From NCBI GenBank assembly GCA_963725865.1, contig CAVSAC010000014.1:1280001-1344000 (forward strand): a stretch of 64,000 nucleotides of DNA, given 5' to 3'. How positions within the stretch are numbered: position 1 is the first letter of the stretch; each line of letters opens with the position of its first letter. This DNA comes from Candidatus Eiseniibacteriota bacterium (GTDB taxonomy: Bacteria; Eisenbacteria; RBG-16-71-46). The position numbers and the translations under genes were made by a program. The notes below the pieces were generated by a model, which was given only the letters and a program-made list of their open reading frames with translations, had not been told where the DNA came from and did not search any database. Shown in pieces: positions 10,009 to 24,520 of the stretch.

Positions 10009-12636
10009 ATGACGCGCAGGCCCGCAGGACTTGACGAGCGCTCGACGGCGAGATCGCGCTGGGGGGACCGACCGAGCACACGGGAGTCGCCTGTGTGTCT
10101 CGGGCCGACGGACGCCCACATTGAAGTGGCCGATCCGACGCGCAATCGCGTCGGATGCCCGCGCGGAGTCCTCCTCGTGGGAGCCGTCCTCGTCTCGATC
10201 TTCCCTGCAGCTCTTGCTTCCGCTCAACGACTCGATCAGCCACTTTGGGGTACTGACGGCTCGGTGCAGGTCACGCGACGTTCCGGGAACACGATCTACG
10301 TCGGTGGAGCGTTCACGCGCGTCGGCCCCAACAGCGGCGGCGGAGTCCCGGTGGATCTCGCGACCGGGAATCCGACCGCGTCCTTCCCGCGCGTGGCGGG
10401 AGTCGTCGATGCGGTGGTGCCCGATGGAAGTGGCGGCTGGTACATCGGTGGATCGTTCGCGGCGGTGGGCGGGTTGCGACGGTCGAACCTCGCGCACATC
10501 CTCTCGGATGGTCGGGTGGCCGACTGGACTCCCGATCCGGATGCGGGCGTTCTGGCGCTAGCGCTGAGTGGCGGGACGCTCTATGTGGGCGGGCACTTCG
10601 GCCACATCGGTGGCCGGGCCCGGAGCTTTGTCGCGGCTCTCGATACGGCGCGTGGACAAGCGACGGACTGGGATCCGGCCGCCGATCTGGAGGTCAGGGC
10701 GCTGCTGCCGGCTCGTGGCCTGCTCTATGTGGGCGGTGACTTCACGAGCATCGGGGGCGAGGCGCGTCGAGGCGTCGCCGCACTGGATGTATTCACAGGG
10801 CAGGCCACCGCCTGGGATCCGGACGCGGGCTACACGCCGGCCCCTGGCCTGGTGAGGACTCTGGCCGCGGTCGGAGACACGATCTATGTCGGGGGCAACT
10901 TCTGGAGCATCGGATCCACTCCCCACGCGCATCTCGCCGCCGTGGACGCGACCACGGGACTGGCCGAATCGTGGGATCCGCAGATCTCGTCGTCGAACGA
11001 CAGCTATTACGGCGAACCATACGTCGGCGCTCTCGCGGTGCGTGGGAACAGCCTCTACTTCGGCGGGCACTTCACCGAAGTCGCGGGACAGGTGCGTGGC
11101 GGGCTGGCGCAGGTCGACCGCTCGACCGGGCAGCCGACGGCATGGGACCCGGCCACGGGACCGTGGACCGGACCACTCGATCGCGCCACCACGGCCATCG
11201 CGCTTCGTGACACGACGATGCTGGTCGCTGGCTTCTTCGAGGCCGTCGGAGGAAAGCCCCGAGCGTTCGTCGCCGAGGTGGGGCTCGCCAGTGCGGCCCC
11301 AACGGACTGGGACCCGCAGGTCAATGACCCAGTCAGGGCGGTGGCCGTCGACGGCGACACGGCGTACCTGGGGGGGACGTTTGTCGGTCTCGGCGCACAG
11401 TGGCGTCGCCGCTGGGACCTGGCAGCGTTCGATGCCACCACCGGGGCGGTGAAGGACTGGGCCCCGGATCCCGATGGACTCGGCATCCTGTCCCTCGTGG
11501 TGAGCCACGGGGTGGTCTACACGAGCGGCTACTTCTACAACATCGGCGGGCAGCCGCGCGATGGAGTCGCGGCGCTGGACACGCTGACTGGAGCGGCCAC
11601 CGATTGGTACCCGATCACCAACAACTGGACGCGAACCCTCGAGATTGCAGGCGACACGTTGTTCGCGGGCGGCATGTTCACAAGCATGAATGGACTGCCC
11701 CGTGGACGCTTGGCGTCTTTCGATTTGGCCACTATGGCGTTGACCGACTGGGCGCCGAGCGCCAACAGTGACATATACGATCTTGCGGCAAGAGGAGGCA
11801 TGGTCTATCTCGCCGGATTCTTCTCGACCGTCAATGGGATCTCGCGCCGGTATGGCGTTGCGGCCGTCGACGCCACGACCGGCGCTCTGCTCGACTGGAA
11901 CCCTCAGTCCGACAACTTAGTGAACGTGATTGAGATCGTTGGAGACGCCGTCTTCGTGGGCGGATCGTTCAACACGATCGGCGGCCAGCCGAGGGCCAAT
12001 CTCGCGGCGCTCGATCCCGTGACGGGTCTCGCGACCAATTGGAGCGCTGACGCCGACGGAGGTGTGAATACTCTCGCGGTCTGGGGAGACACTCTGTTCG
12101 TCGGCGGCCGCTTCTCCACCCTCGCCGGACAGCCCAGGAGCGGACTGGCTGCTCTGAGTATGGCTACGGGCGAACTACTGCCGTGGAACCCCGAATTCAG
12201 CAGCGTCGAGTGGGCCTCCTCCATTCCACATCCCATCGTCTACGGGCTCACAATCTCGGGTAGCACGCTCTATGTCGGTGGGTTATTCGGTCGCATTGGC
12301 ACGGTGCCCGCCAACGGTTTCGTCGCAATCTCCTTCGCACCACCACCGCTCCCGCCGCCACCCCTTCCCACCGCTGTCGCGCTGGCACCGATGGCGCCCA
12401 ACCCGGTGCACGCGGCCGCCACGATCCGGTATGCGCTGCCCGCCTCCGCCGCGGTGAGCCTCTCGGTGTTCGACATCCAGGGGCGACGGGTCGCCATGCT
12501 GCTCGACCACGCGCAGAAGCCCGCAGGCAGGCACGAGGCGTCGCTGGATGTTGGTCGCTGGCCACGGGGCTTCTACTTCTGCCTGCTCGACGCCGGCGGC
12601 ACGCGGTCGATCAGGAAATTCGTGGTGCTGCCCTAG
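10009..12636 (+). CDS. Secreted beta-propeller repeat protein + T9SS-A/FlgD-like domain, copy 2 (start uncertain, may be downstream)
   Basis: Paralog of 4849-7341; signal ...AALASAQ; last ~290 bp nearly identical to copy 1. Confidence 0.85.
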   Translation: MTRRPAGLDERSTARSRWGDRPSTRESPVCLGPTDAHIEVADPTRNRVGCPRGVLLVGAVLVSIFPAALASAQRLDQPLWGTDGSVQVTRRSGNTIYVGGAFTRVGPNSGGGVPVDLATGNPTASFPRVAGVVDAVVPDGSGGWYIGGSFAAVGGLRRSNLAHILSDGRVADWTPDPDAGVLALALSGGTLYVGGHFGHIGGRARSFVAALDTARGQATDWDPAADLEVRALLPARGLLYVGGDFTSIGGEARRGVAALDVFTGQATAWDPDAGYTPAPGLVRTLAAVGDTIYVGGNFWSIGSTPHAHLAAVDATTGLAESWDPQISSSNDSYYGEPYVGALAVRGNSLYFGGHFTEVAGQVRGGLAQVDRSTGQPTAWDPATGPWTGPLDRATTAIALRDTTMLVAGFFEAVGGKPRAFVAEVGLASAAPTDWDPQVNDPVRAVAVDGDTAYLGGTFVGLGAQWRRRWDLAAFDATTGAVKDWAPDPDGLGILSLVVSHGVVYTSGYFYNIGGQPRDGVAALDTLTGAATDWYPITNNWTRTLEIAGDTLFAGGMFTSMNGLPRGRLASFDLATMALTDWAPSANSDIYDLAARGGMVYLAGFFSTVNGISRRYGVAAVDATTGALLDWNPQSDNLVNVIEIVGDAVFVGGSFNTIGGQPRANLAALDPVTGLATNWSADADGGVNTLAVWGDTLFVGGRFSTLAGQPRSGLAALSMATGELLPWNPEFSSVEWASSIPHPIVYGLTISGSTLYVGGLFGRIGTVPANGFVAISFAPPPLPPPPLPTAVALAPMAPNPVHAAATIRYALPASAAVSLSVFDIQGRRVAMLLDHAQKPAGRHEASLDVGRWPRGFYFCLLDAGGTRSIRKFVVLP

Positions 12637-12656
12637 CTCGGCCGACGCGCGCGCCG

Positions 12657-12819
12657 GCCGCACGCCTTCACCTCGACCACCGCCTCGTCGGCGGCGCAGC
12701 GCGGCTCCGGCAGCTCGCTCGGCTCGAGCACCTCGGGGCCGCCGTGGCGGTCGAACACCATCGCCTTCATCGGGCCCTCACGCACGCTCGCGCCGGATGC
12801 GGCGCTGGTAGAAGAAGGA
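12657..12819. repeat. Junction repeat copy C (true DUF2339 end + truncated ADH start)
   Basis: Minus strand: SFFYQRRIRRERA* then MKAMVFDRHGGPEVLEPSELPEPRCAADEAVVEVKACG, after which homology to ADH stops. Confidence 0.92.
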
Positions 12820-14754
12820 CACCGAGAGCAGCACCACGCCCACCAGCACCGCGCTCACGAAGCGCCAGAAGACGTCGACGTTCGCGAGGTCGCCGATCGC
12901 GAACTTGAGCACCGTGATCCCCAGCAGCGCGAGCCCGGTCCAGCGCAGGAAACCGGAGCTCCGGCGCCAGCCCAGCGCCACCAGCGCCGCGGCCTGCACC
13001 GTCCACAGCGCGCTGGTGAAGAACGCGAACAGCATCTCGGCCCGCCGCGGACCCGGCACCGCGCCCAGGTCGGGCGGCTGCGCCCAGCGCCCGCCGGTGC
13101 CGGCGAGCGCCTGCGCCAGGTGCTGCGCCTCCATCGCCCAGTAGACGAGCAGCAGCGCGGTCGCCGCCAGCACCCACGCACGTGCGAGCAGCCGGCGCGG
13201 CGCCTCGCCGAAGCGCGACTCGCGCCGCAGCAGTGCGCCGGTCACGATCAGCAGCACGATGCCGCCGAGCACCCGCAGCGCCTGCGGGTGCACGAACGGC
13301 AGCTCGGCGTCCATCGCGTGGGTGTGGTGCACGAGGGTGGCGACGTGCACCATTCCGCCGACCACCGAGACCACCGCGCCGCAGCCGCGCAGCCACGCAC
13401 CGCGCCGGCCGCTGCCGAGCCACGCGAGTGCCGCGCCTTCGGTCAGCCACGCGAGCGACACGTAGTCGGCGCCCGCGGCGCGCTCGAGCGCCAGCATCAG
13501 GAACAGCGTCGCCGCGGCGGACAGCGGCCGCCAGCCGTCGTCGCGCTCGCGTCGCGTGTCGATCCACCACGCCGCCGCCACGTACACCGCCGACAGCGTC
13601 AGCAGCAGCATTGCGGCCGGCGCGCGGCCGACGTAGCCGATGAACGGCCACGACACCGCCGCGAACATCAGCGGCGCGAGCAGGATCACCGCCAGCTCCG
13701 CGGCGCGCGCCGGCGCGTCGGTACGCGCGAGCCTCACGACCGGCGCGAGTCCCGCGCCCGCGAACAGCAGGCCGAGCCCGATCTCGAGCCCCCAGCCCCA
13801 GTCGCCCCGGGGAAAGGTCGCGATCCAGGTCATCGTGGTCAACAGCAGCGCGGCGAGGTCGAGCAGCGCCCAGCCGGCGCGCGCGGTCAGCACCGCGACC
13901 GCGATCACCACCAGCGCGAGGTAGCCCAGCAGCGCCGGCGCGGCGAGATCGAAGCCGCGCATCTGGAGCAGGCTCGAGAGGAGCTGCGGCACGAACGCAC
14001 CGAGCACGCCGAGCGCGGCGACCGACTGCGCCCGGTAGTGCAGCCCGACGGCCACCGTGCCGAGCGCCACCAGCATCAGCAGCACGACGGCCGCCGCGGT
14101 GGGCAGCACGTGGAGCGTGAACCAGCCCAGGTAGATCGCCAGGAACACCACGCCGAGCCCGACGCCGATGAGCGCGTGCCCGAGCGGCGGCAGGCGGCGG
14201 CTCAGGCGATCGCCGCGCCACGCCAGCGCGAGCCCGAACAGCACGCCCGCGAGCACCAGCATGCCGGGGCCCAGGTGTCCCGAGGTGTAGCCCCACACGA
14301 TGCTGAAGAACGCGCCGAGCAGCAGCAACACCGCGCCCACGTTCTGCAGCCACAGTCCGCCGACCAGCTCTTCGGCGTGCGCGCTGTCGAAGAAGTGGCC
14401 GGGAGTGGCACCGGCGGGCCGTTCGAGCGGGCCGCCGAGACGCGCGCCGAGCAGGCTGCCCGAGGCGGCCTGGGCGCTCGCGACGGACGGCGCGGTGGTG
14501 GGGCCCGAGCCCGGTGCCGCGGCGGGCGGCGGCGCGCTGCCGGGCAGCGGCAACGGCAGCGGTGGCGGCGGCGCGATCGCAGGCGCCACGCCAGGCGGCG
14601 GCACCGCGGCGAGCGCCCGGCCGCCCGCGGCCTCGAGGAGCCGCACGCGCTCGCGCAGCCGCGCGAGTTCGCTCTCGGAACGCAGCGCCACCACCAGCGC
14701 CCACACCGGCATGACGAGCCACGCGATGCCGAGCAGGACGAGTGGGAACCACAT
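12778..14754 (-). CDS. DUF2339-family multi-pass membrane protein
   Basis: MWFPLVLLG start; Pro/Ala linker; EELVGGLWL..VG motif; many TM helices; C-terminal R..GL.LL...VLK...DL...RF.S. Confidence 0.8.
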   Translation of the reverse strand: MWFPLVLLGIAWLVMPVWALVVALRSESELARLRERVRLLEAAGGRALAAVPPPGVAPAIAPPPPLPLPLPGSAPPPAAAPGSGPTTAPSVASAQAASGSLLGARLGGPLERPAGATPGHFFDSAHAEELVGGLWLQNVGAVLLLLGAFFSIVWGYTSGHLGPGMLVLAGVLFGLALAWRGDRLSRRLPPLGHALIGVGLGVVFLAIYLGWFTLHVLPTAAAVVLLMLVALGTVAVGLHYRAQSVAALGVLGAFVPQLLSSLLQMRGFDLAAPALLGYLALVVIAVAVLTARAGWALLDLAALLLTTMTWIATFPRGDWGWGLEIGLGLLFAGAGLAPVVRLARTDAPARAAELAVILLAPLMFAAVSWPFIGYVGRAPAAMLLLTLSAVYVAAAWWIDTRRERDDGWRPLSAAATLFLMLALERAAGADYVSLAWLTEGAALAWLGSGRRGAWLRGCGAVVSVVGGMVHVATLVHHTHAMDAELPFVHPQALRVLGGIVLLIVTGALLRRESRFGEAPRRLLARAWVLAATALLLVYWAMEAQHLAQALAGTGGRWAQPPDLGAVPGPRRAEMLFAFFTSALWTVQAAALVALGWRRSSGFLRWTGLALLGITVLKFAIGDLANVDVFWRFVSAVLVGVVLLSVSFFYQRRIRRERA

Positions 14755-14943
14755 GGGGCGACCCCCGGGACGCGGACGACTGCGCGGGACCGCCGCAGCA
14801 TAACGCGTGGCGCAGCGGATGCGGAACCGCTCGACGGTCGCCGGCCCAGTGTCTGGCGCGGAGTCGGCCATCGGCTGCGGGTGCGATTCAGCGTGCGCCC
14901 GGAGATCGCGCTGTTCACGCTCGCGCCGGCGTGACGCGCGCGC

Positions 14944-15897
14944 TCAGCGCGGCTGCGGCGCGAGACCCAGTGACTGCAGCTCGCGTTCGTCGCCGGGGTC
15001 GTGCTCCTGCCAGTAGGCGCGCCGCGCGGAGCCGGTCAGCTCGCCGGCGTCGGTGCCGCCGAGTGCCGCGCCGCGTCCCGCGCCGGTGGGCGGCTCCCAC
15101 GCCCAGCGCACGATGCGGTGCGGGTACGCGTGCTCGACCTCGAAGCGTCCCGCGCGACCATCGTCGGGACGGACCAGGAAGACATCGCACACGAAGCTGC
15201 CCGCCGGCACCTGCACGGTGACCGGCGCCGCGAGCCGCTCGATCGTGGCGTTGCCCCACGCGCAGGGCCGGTGCGCGAGGCGGCGCCAGAACGGGCTGGC
15301 GAGGAACGGCACGCGCTTCGTCTCGCCCGCGCCCAGGAACGGCACACGCAGCCCGCGCAGCCGGATGAACAGCTCGTCCTCGAACACGCCGCCGGTCGGG
15401 ACCGCGAGGCTCGCCACGGCCGACTCACCCTCGAAGTAGCTCGCGACGTGCTGGCTCATGCGCGCGCCGCGCACGTCCAGCTCCTCGTACACCTGCCCGC
15501 ACCACTCCTGGCTCGAGAAAGCCACCTTCACCGGCGCGAAATCCGATGTGCGAGCGAACACCGACACCATCGTGGCGTAGTCGTAGATCCCGGTCTGGAA
15601 CTTCCGCACGAGATTGAGCTTCAGCACGTCGAGCACGTCGCGCGGCGCGCGCGCGGGATCGTCGAGCTTCACGTGCTTCGAGGCGCTGAACGGCTCGGTC
15701 ACGTAGATCAGCACCGCCTGCCCGGTGCGCGGGTGCCCGTAGCGCGAGATCGTCAGGCGGTAACCGCCCAGCTCCGCCTTGCCGTCGCGCCACACCGCGT
15801 CGAACTCGGGATCGCGCGCGGGCGCTGCAGGCGTGGCGGCGACGACGCCCGCGGGCGTCAGCACGGCGGTGGCGAGCAGGACGGCGAGCGCGCGCAT
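14944..15897 (-). CDS. Secreted conserved hypothetical protein
   Basis: Signal peptide; motifs W.DGKAEL..Y.L...RYG, VTEPF, VLKLN...FQTGIY.Y, SSQEWCG. Confidence 0.75.
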   Translation of the reverse strand: MRALAVLLATAVLTPAGVVAATPAAPARDPEFDAVWRDGKAELGGYRLTISRYGHPRTGQAVLIYVTEPFSASKHVKLDDPARAPRDVLDVLKLNLVRKFQTGIYDYATMVSVFARTSDFAPVKVAFSSQEWCGQVYEELDVRGARMSQHVASYFEGESAVASLAVPTGGVFEDELFIRLRGLRVPFLGAGETKRVPFLASPFWRRLAHRPCAWGNATIERLAAPVTVQVPAGSFVCDVFLVRPDDGRAGRFEVEHAYPHRIVRWAWEPPTGAGRGAALGGTDAGELTGSARRAYWQEHDPGDERELQSLGLAPQPR

Positions 15898-16004
15898 GAC
15901 GGTCCCCCGGTGTGATGGTCGTGACGAGCGGCGCGCGCGTACACGCGCCACCGTCGATCGTGCGAGCGGTCGATCCCCGCGGCGCGCGGACGCGCCGTCG
16001 CCGC

Positions 16005-17135
16005 TCACCCCTGCTTCGCCGCGCCCTCGCCCGCGCGGCCGCGCTCGAAGTAGGCGGCCTTGAGGCGCTTCATCACGTCGCCGCGCCGGTCGTAGAGACG
16101 CTTGAGCTTGCGCGGCGCGTGCTTCGCGAGCGCGTACGCGGTCAGCAGCGGCAGGCCGATGGTCGAGTCGGTGTAGCAGATCACCGTGCCCGGCAGCTGC
16201 TCGGGGTCGATCTTGCCCCACGACACCGCCTCGGCGGGCGTGGCGCCCGAGAGCCCGCCGGTGTCGGGCCGCGCGTCGGTGATGGCGAGGAAGTAGTCGT
16301 GGCCCTTCTCGGCGATGCCGAGCACCTCCTGGATCTGCGGCTCGGTCTGGAGCAGGAAGTTCTTGGGGCTGCCGCCGCCCAGGATGAACACGCCGCTCTT
16401 GCCGCCCGCGGCCTTGGCGTCCCACACGATGCCCGCGGTCTCGTTGACGTCGGCGTTCACGTCGATCAGCAGCTTGGAGCCCTCGAGCGCCTTGGCGGCC
16501 ACGTTCATGCCGATCGACGAGTCGCCGGGCGAGGAGGTGTACACCGGCACGCCGCACTCGTAGGCCACCGCCAGCAGCGAGCGCTTCTTCAGCCCCAGCG
16601 CCTCCTCGCGCGCGCGGACGTACTTGCCGCACAGCCAGTGGAACTCCGCGCTGCTCATCGTGCGCTGGAACTCGGGTGCGGCGATGATCTGGCGGAAGAA
16701 CGCGTCGGTGTCGAGCAGCACCGAATAGTCGAAGAACACGTCGTAGATGCGCACCACGCCCTGCTCGCGCAGCACCACGTCGTCGACCTGGAAGGTCCCG
16801 CGGTGGAGCGGCAGCCCGATGCCGAAATGGGTGTCGTGGTACAGGTTCGCGCCGGTCGAGACGATCCAGTCGACGAACCCGGCCTCGATCAGGGGGATGA
16901 TCGCGCTCATGCCGAGCCCCGCGGGCGTCAGCGCGCCGGTGAGCGAGAGCGCCACCGTGACGTCGTCCGCGAGCATGCGCTCGACGAACAGCCGCGCGCC
17001 CTCGCGCAGCCGCGCGCCGTTGTAGGCGAGGAACGCGTTCTCGATCAGCTCGGCCGCGGTCTCGTGCCCGGTGATGGCGGGCGGGTCGATGCGCGGGCCC
17101 GTGATGTGGGGATTGCGGCTGCCGCTCGGCTGCAT
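16005..17135 (-). CDS. Deoxyhypusine synthase-like protein (homospermidine biosynthesis type)
   Basis: [57 protein letters not shown]. Confidence 0.9.
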   Translation of the reverse strand: MQPSGSRNPHITGPRIDPPAITGHETAAELIENAFLAYNGARLREGARLFVERMLADDVTVALSLTGALTPAGLGMSAIIPLIEAGFVDWIVSTGANLYHDTHFGIGLPLHRGTFQVDDVVLREQGVVRIYDVFFDYSVLLDTDAFFRQIIAAPEFQRTMSSAEFHWLCGKYVRAREEALGLKKRSLLAVAYECGVPVYTSSPGDSSIGMNVAAKALEGSKLLIDVNADVNETAGIVWDAKAAGGKSGVFILGGGSPKNFLLQTEPQIQEVLGIAEKGHDYFLAITDARPDTGGLSGATPAEAVSWGKIDPEQLPGTVICYTDSTIGLPLLTAYALAKHAPRKLKRLYDRRGDVMKRLKAAYFERGRAGEGAAKQG

Positions 17136-17323
17136 GGTCGTCCTCGTGCGTGCGGGGATCGGCGCGCGCGACATTCGGCCGGCGCGCGCGGGGCGGACTC
17201 TAGCGTGAGGCGGACGGCGGCGCCAGTGCGCGGCGCCTCCGCCGCTCGCCGGCGGCCGTTCTTCCCCTTCCTCCAGACGGCGGTGGCGCACATGAAGAAC
17301 CGCTGGACGCAGCAGACGGTGAC

Positions 17324-18862
<1,539 letters not shown>

Positions 18863-19020
18863 GCGCGCTCCGTGGGATTCGTGAGTGGTCACATCCGAGG
18901 TGGCCGGACTATATCGTGCCGCGGAATCCAGCGTGAGCGCGAACTGCCGCCGCGCCGCAATGCTCCCGTCGAAGCCCCCGAGTTCGTGGACGCCAGGAGT
19001 TCGATGCGACTGCACCGCGC

Positions 19021-19842
19021 TCAGAGTCCGCGCGCGCTCCCGATCGCGGTCAGCGCCACCACCATGAGACCGAACGCGAGCTCGCTCAGACCGAAGCGCG
19101 GGATGGTGGTGCGGATCCGCCAGCGCGACAGGCCGACCCCGGCGCGCAGCGCGAGCAACGTGAGCGCGACGACGGCGAGCCACGGCGCGCACGCCGCGCG
19201 GGCGAGCGCGATCGCGGCCGCGATCCCGACCACCTGCGCCAGCAGCGCGGCCGCGATCGGCGCGGGCTGATCGCGATCGAGGCGCAGGCGGGCCCTCACG
19301 TACAGCACCGACGGCACGTCGCGCGCGGCCAGCACGCCCCACAGTCCGAGCGCCGGGCCCGCGCTCCATCCGGCCGCGAGCGCGATGGCGGCCGCGGTCG
19401 AGGCGAGCGCGAGTGCGCCCGCCATCTCGGATGCGGCCTCGCGCGGGCGGGCGGCGAGGTCGAACGCGAGCGCGATCGCCGCCAGCGGCGCCGCGAGCCC
19501 CAGCGCCCACAGCAGCGGACCGCGCGCCAGCAGCAGCGCGCCGGCCAGCGCGAGCGCCGCGACGAGCGCGAGCCCGGCGAATGCGCGCTCGGCCGCCCGC
19601 GTCCGCGGGTAGCGCCGGCCGCGGCGCCGGTCGCCGATCGCCAGCTTGAGCGGCTGGCGGGCGAGGAAGCCGGCGAGCGCGGCGAGCGCCACGAGCACCC
19701 CGGCCGCCGTGGGCGCCACCACGAGGCCCAGCAGCAGCGGCTCGCCCAGGAACGCCCACGCGCCGTGCTCGGCGGGCAGCACGATGCGCCGCCAGTCGGT
19801 CGGCGCGGCCGGCGTCGCGGGCGCGGGCGCCGGGGCGCTCAT
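19021..19842 (-). CDS. YwiC-like membrane protein
   Basis: LPAEHGAWA motif, multiple TM helices, YVRARL. Confidence 0.75.
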   Translation of the reverse strand: MSAPAPAPATPAAPTDWRRIVLPAEHGAWAFLGEPLLLGLVVAPTAAGVLVALAALAGFLARQPLKLAIGDRRRGRRYPRTRAAERAFAGLALVAALALAGALLLARGPLLWALGLAAPLAAIALAFDLAARPREAASEMAGALALASTAAAIALAAGWSAGPALGLWGVLAARDVPSVLYVRARLRLDRDQPAPIAAALLAQVVGIAAAIALARAACAPWLAVVALTLLALRAGVGLSRWRIRTTIPRFGLSELAFGLMVVALTAIGSARGL

Positions 19843-19852
19843 CGTCGCGCGC

Positions 19853-21724
<1,872 letters not shown>

Positions 21725-22292
21725 GAGGCTCCTGATGTGGGGATCGAGCGGCCGAAGGCGGCGAACATAGCGCGAGCGGGGGCGGGCTTCCAGTCAGGCA
21801 GGCTGGCGCGGGGAATCTCTTCGACGAATGTGACAGATCGCGGACACCGTCGGCGGCCGCCTGCGCGTGTGGGAAGAGAGGAGATGCGGTGCCGCGGCTG
21901 GGGGCGCCCGGCGGATGAAGAGGTCGCTGATCAGCCGACGTGCGCGAAGCTGATCGGGGTGATGGCGCGGATCGAAGCGGTCGAGGCCGGTTCGATCTGA
22001 GTTGTCACCCATGCGACCGGTGTGGAGGGAGTGACGGCGCGGGTCGCGGCGTCTGAGTGCGATTCCGCTTGACAGCCTTCGCGCAGCCCGGGGTGCGCAC
22101 TCCACCGCCCGCGAATGAATCGCGCGTCAGCGTGCGCGGGTCGCGCCTGGACGCCGCGAACGCGGGGCAGGCACGTTTCGTTCTCGTCGCGCCTCGCGTT
22201 CTGCGGCCACACGGCAAGCACGAGCGACGAAGCTATGCGTGCTAATAAGTAGAGAGCGCCCCCGCGACTCTGCCCCCGCGCGGAGTCCCGTC

Positions 22293-23852
22293 ATGAACTC
22301 CTACTCGCTGTCGCACCTGTCGGACCACGTTCTGCTGCACGACCTGGCCACCCTCGTCGCCCAGGACCGCGTCACCACCGCCGCGATGCTCGCTCACCTG
22401 GCCGAGGTCGACGCTCGCAGGCTCTACCTGCCGGCGGCCTACGCGTCCATGTACGCCTGGTGCGTGGGCGAGCTGAAGCTGTCGGAGGACTCGACTGCCA
22501 AGCGCATCCAGGCTGCCCGACTCGCGCGGCGATTCCCGGTGATCTTCCCGATGCTCGCCGACGGCCGCCTGCACCTGAGCAGCGTGATCCTGCTGGCGCC
22601 GCACCTCACCCCCGACAACGCCGACGATCTGCTGGCCGCCGCGGCGCACCAGCCCAAGCCCGCGCTCGAGCGCCTGATCGCCGCGCGCTTCCCGCGGCCG
22701 GACCTGCCGGCGCTGGTGCAGCCGCTCGCGCCGGCAAGTTCTGCCGACGAACATGCCCCGGGGCATGTGATTCTCACCGTTTCTGGACATTCGCCCGCGC
22801 CAGCAGGCGCATGCGAAGGCTCGTTGGCGCTGGCGCCAGTCGACGAACGCGATGCTCAACATGCCCCGGGGCATGTTCCCTCGCACGCCAGGCTCGCCCC
22901 GCTCGCGGCGGGACGCTTCGCGCTGCAGGTCACCATCGCGCAGGAGACCCACGACCAACTCCGCTACGCCCAGGCGCTGCTCGGCCACGCGGTGCCGTCG
23001 GGCGACCTGGCGCAGGTGCTCGACCGCGCACTGGCCGCGCTGGTCGCCCAGCTCGAGCAGCGCCGCTTCGCCCGCACCGCGCGAACCCGCCCCAGCCGCC
23101 GGCGCCGCGGCGAGGACTCGCGCTACGTGCCCGCCGCGGTCCGGCGCGCGGTGTGGCTGCGCGACGGCGGCCAGTGCACGTTCGTCAGCGAGCAGGGCCA
23201 TCGCTGCGAGGCGCGCACGCGGCTCGAGTTCGACCACCTCGACCCCTTCGCGCAGGGCGGCCAGGCGACGCCCGCTCGCATGCGGCTGCTGTGCCGGGCG
23301 CACAACCAGCTCGCCGCCGAGCGCACGTATGGCGCCGAGTTCATGAATCACAAGCGCGAGGCGGCGCGTCAGCGGGTGGCGACGCCGCGCGAGCTGGCGC
23401 CCCCGGCTGTGAGCGCGGCAGCGGAGCTTCGAGCTGCCGAGGCTGCCGTGGCGAGCGACGTGGTGAGCGTTGTAGCAGAGCCCCAGGCGGCCGAATCTGC
23501 TGCGGCGAGCGAGGTCGTGCGCGCTGCAGCCGAGCCCCGAGGTGCAGAGGCTGCCAAGGTGAGCGAGGCCGCGCCGGCACCCGAGACCGCGCGGGCGCTC
23601 GCGCGCGAACGCGCCGAGGCCGCACGGTCGCTCGATCGCGAACGTGCCGCCGCCGCCGCAGCGCGCATCGAGGAGGTGATCCCGTGGCTCCGCGCCCTCG
23701 GGGTCAGCCTCGAGGCCGCGCGCCGCGCGGCGGCGCCGTGCGCCGACCTGCCCGACGGCACGCCACTCGAGGAGCGCGTGCGCGCGGCGCTCAAGCGTCT
23801 GGCGCCACTGGCTGCGAAGAAAGTGCTGCACGCTCAGAGCGCCGCGGCGTGA
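22293..23852 (+). CDS. DUF222-like N-terminus / HNH endonuclease protein
   Basis: HLAEVDARRLY N-terminal block; RYVPAAVRRAVWLRDGGQC...C...LEFDH..P.A.GG......LLCRAHN HNH motif; RBS inside hairpin GACTCTG/CGGAGTC. Confidence 0.85.
   Translation: MNSYSLSHLSDHVLLHDLATLVAQDRVTTAAMLAHLAEVDARRLYLPAAYASMYAWCVGELKLSEDSTAKRIQAARLARRFPVIFPMLADGRLHLSSVILLAPHLTPDNADDLLAAAAHQPKPALERLIAARFPRPDLPALVQPLAPASSADEHAPGHVILTVSGHSPAPAGACEGSLALAPVDERDAQHAPGHVPSHARLAPLAAGRFALQVTIAQETHDQLRYAQALLGHAVPSGDLAQVLDRALAALVAQLEQRRFARTARTRPSRRRRGEDSRYVPAAVRRAVWLRDGGQCTFVSEQGHRCEARTRLEFDHLDPFAQGGQATPARMRLLCRAHNQLAAERTYGAEFMNHKREAARQRVATPRELAPPAVSAAAELRAAEAAVASDVVSVVAEPQAAESAAASEVVRAAAEPRGAEAAKVSEAAPAPETARALARERAEAARSLDRERAAAAAARIEEVIPWLRALGVSLEAARRAAAPCADLPDGTPLEERVRAALKRLAPLAAKKVLHAQSAAA
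22751..22877. repeat. Two perfect palindromes ACATGCCCCGGGGCATGT (22751-22768, 22859-22876)
   Basis: Direct reading; 108 bp apart, both encode HAPGHV. Confidence 0.9.
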
Positions 23853-24072
23853 GGCAGCGGGCGGCGGCGGAGGGAGAGACGGCTCAAGACTACCGAGGAT
23901 GCCCCGCGAGCTCAGTGCTCATGGGGTCAGACACTATGAAAGCGACCGGCTCCCGGTCGTAGCGTCGCCACGTCGTTGGTGCGTGATGGCGTCCGGGTGA
24001 GCGGAGCGCACACTTGATCGCGGGTTAGGGCCTGACGACCCCAGAGCCGCGTACGAAGAACGGAGCCGGTCC

Positions 24073-24520
24073 ATGGGCAAGGCTAGCTCGTTCGTTGGGC
24101 TGGATGTCCACAAGAGCAGCATCGTCCTCGCCCTGCTGCGGCGGGCCCAGAGCACGCCGCTGGAGTGGAAGGTGGGCAACGAACCCGGGGCGGTCCAGCG
24201 CCTGTTCCGAAAGCTGGAGCGCGCAGACGAGGGCGCGGTGCAGTGCTGCTACGAGGCGGGTCCCACCGGCAACGTGCTGAAGTGCCAGCTGGACCGCGCC
24301 GGGATCGCCTGCCAGGTGATCGCACCGTCCTTAGGCTGGTCGTTGGCCGGGCCCTGCGCCTGCGACGACGCGAACAGGATCCCACGGCGATCACGCTCGC
24401 CGATCGCGCGCTGCGCCGACTCACCCTGCGCCAGCGGCGCATGCTCTACCAGGGTAAGCACCCATCCTCGTCAACATCGCGGTCGCCCGCGAACTCGGTG
24501 TGCCACCTCACGGCCTTGCG
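24073..24520 (+). pseudogene. IS110 transposase/recombinase remnant
   Basis: VGLDVHK...CYEAGPTG...CQVIAPSL (DEDD N-terminus) to 24333, then an out-of-frame C-terminal-like piece (..ADRALRRL..R.RM..QGKHP); middle missing. Confidence 0.85.

Noticed and set aside
2781..12636. Diversity-generating retroelement as the source of paralog variation
   Set aside because: No reverse transcriptase in the window, and differences are not adenine-specific.
21725..22292. Long intergenic region upstream of the HNH gene as a guide-like ncRNA
   Set aside because: No repeats or compelling structure visible by eye beyond promoter-like boxes and an RBS hairpin; needs homolog alignment.
23991..24000. GTCCGGGTGA as a possible target guide for GTACCGGTGA
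   Set aside because: An 8/10 match is too weak without covariation data.
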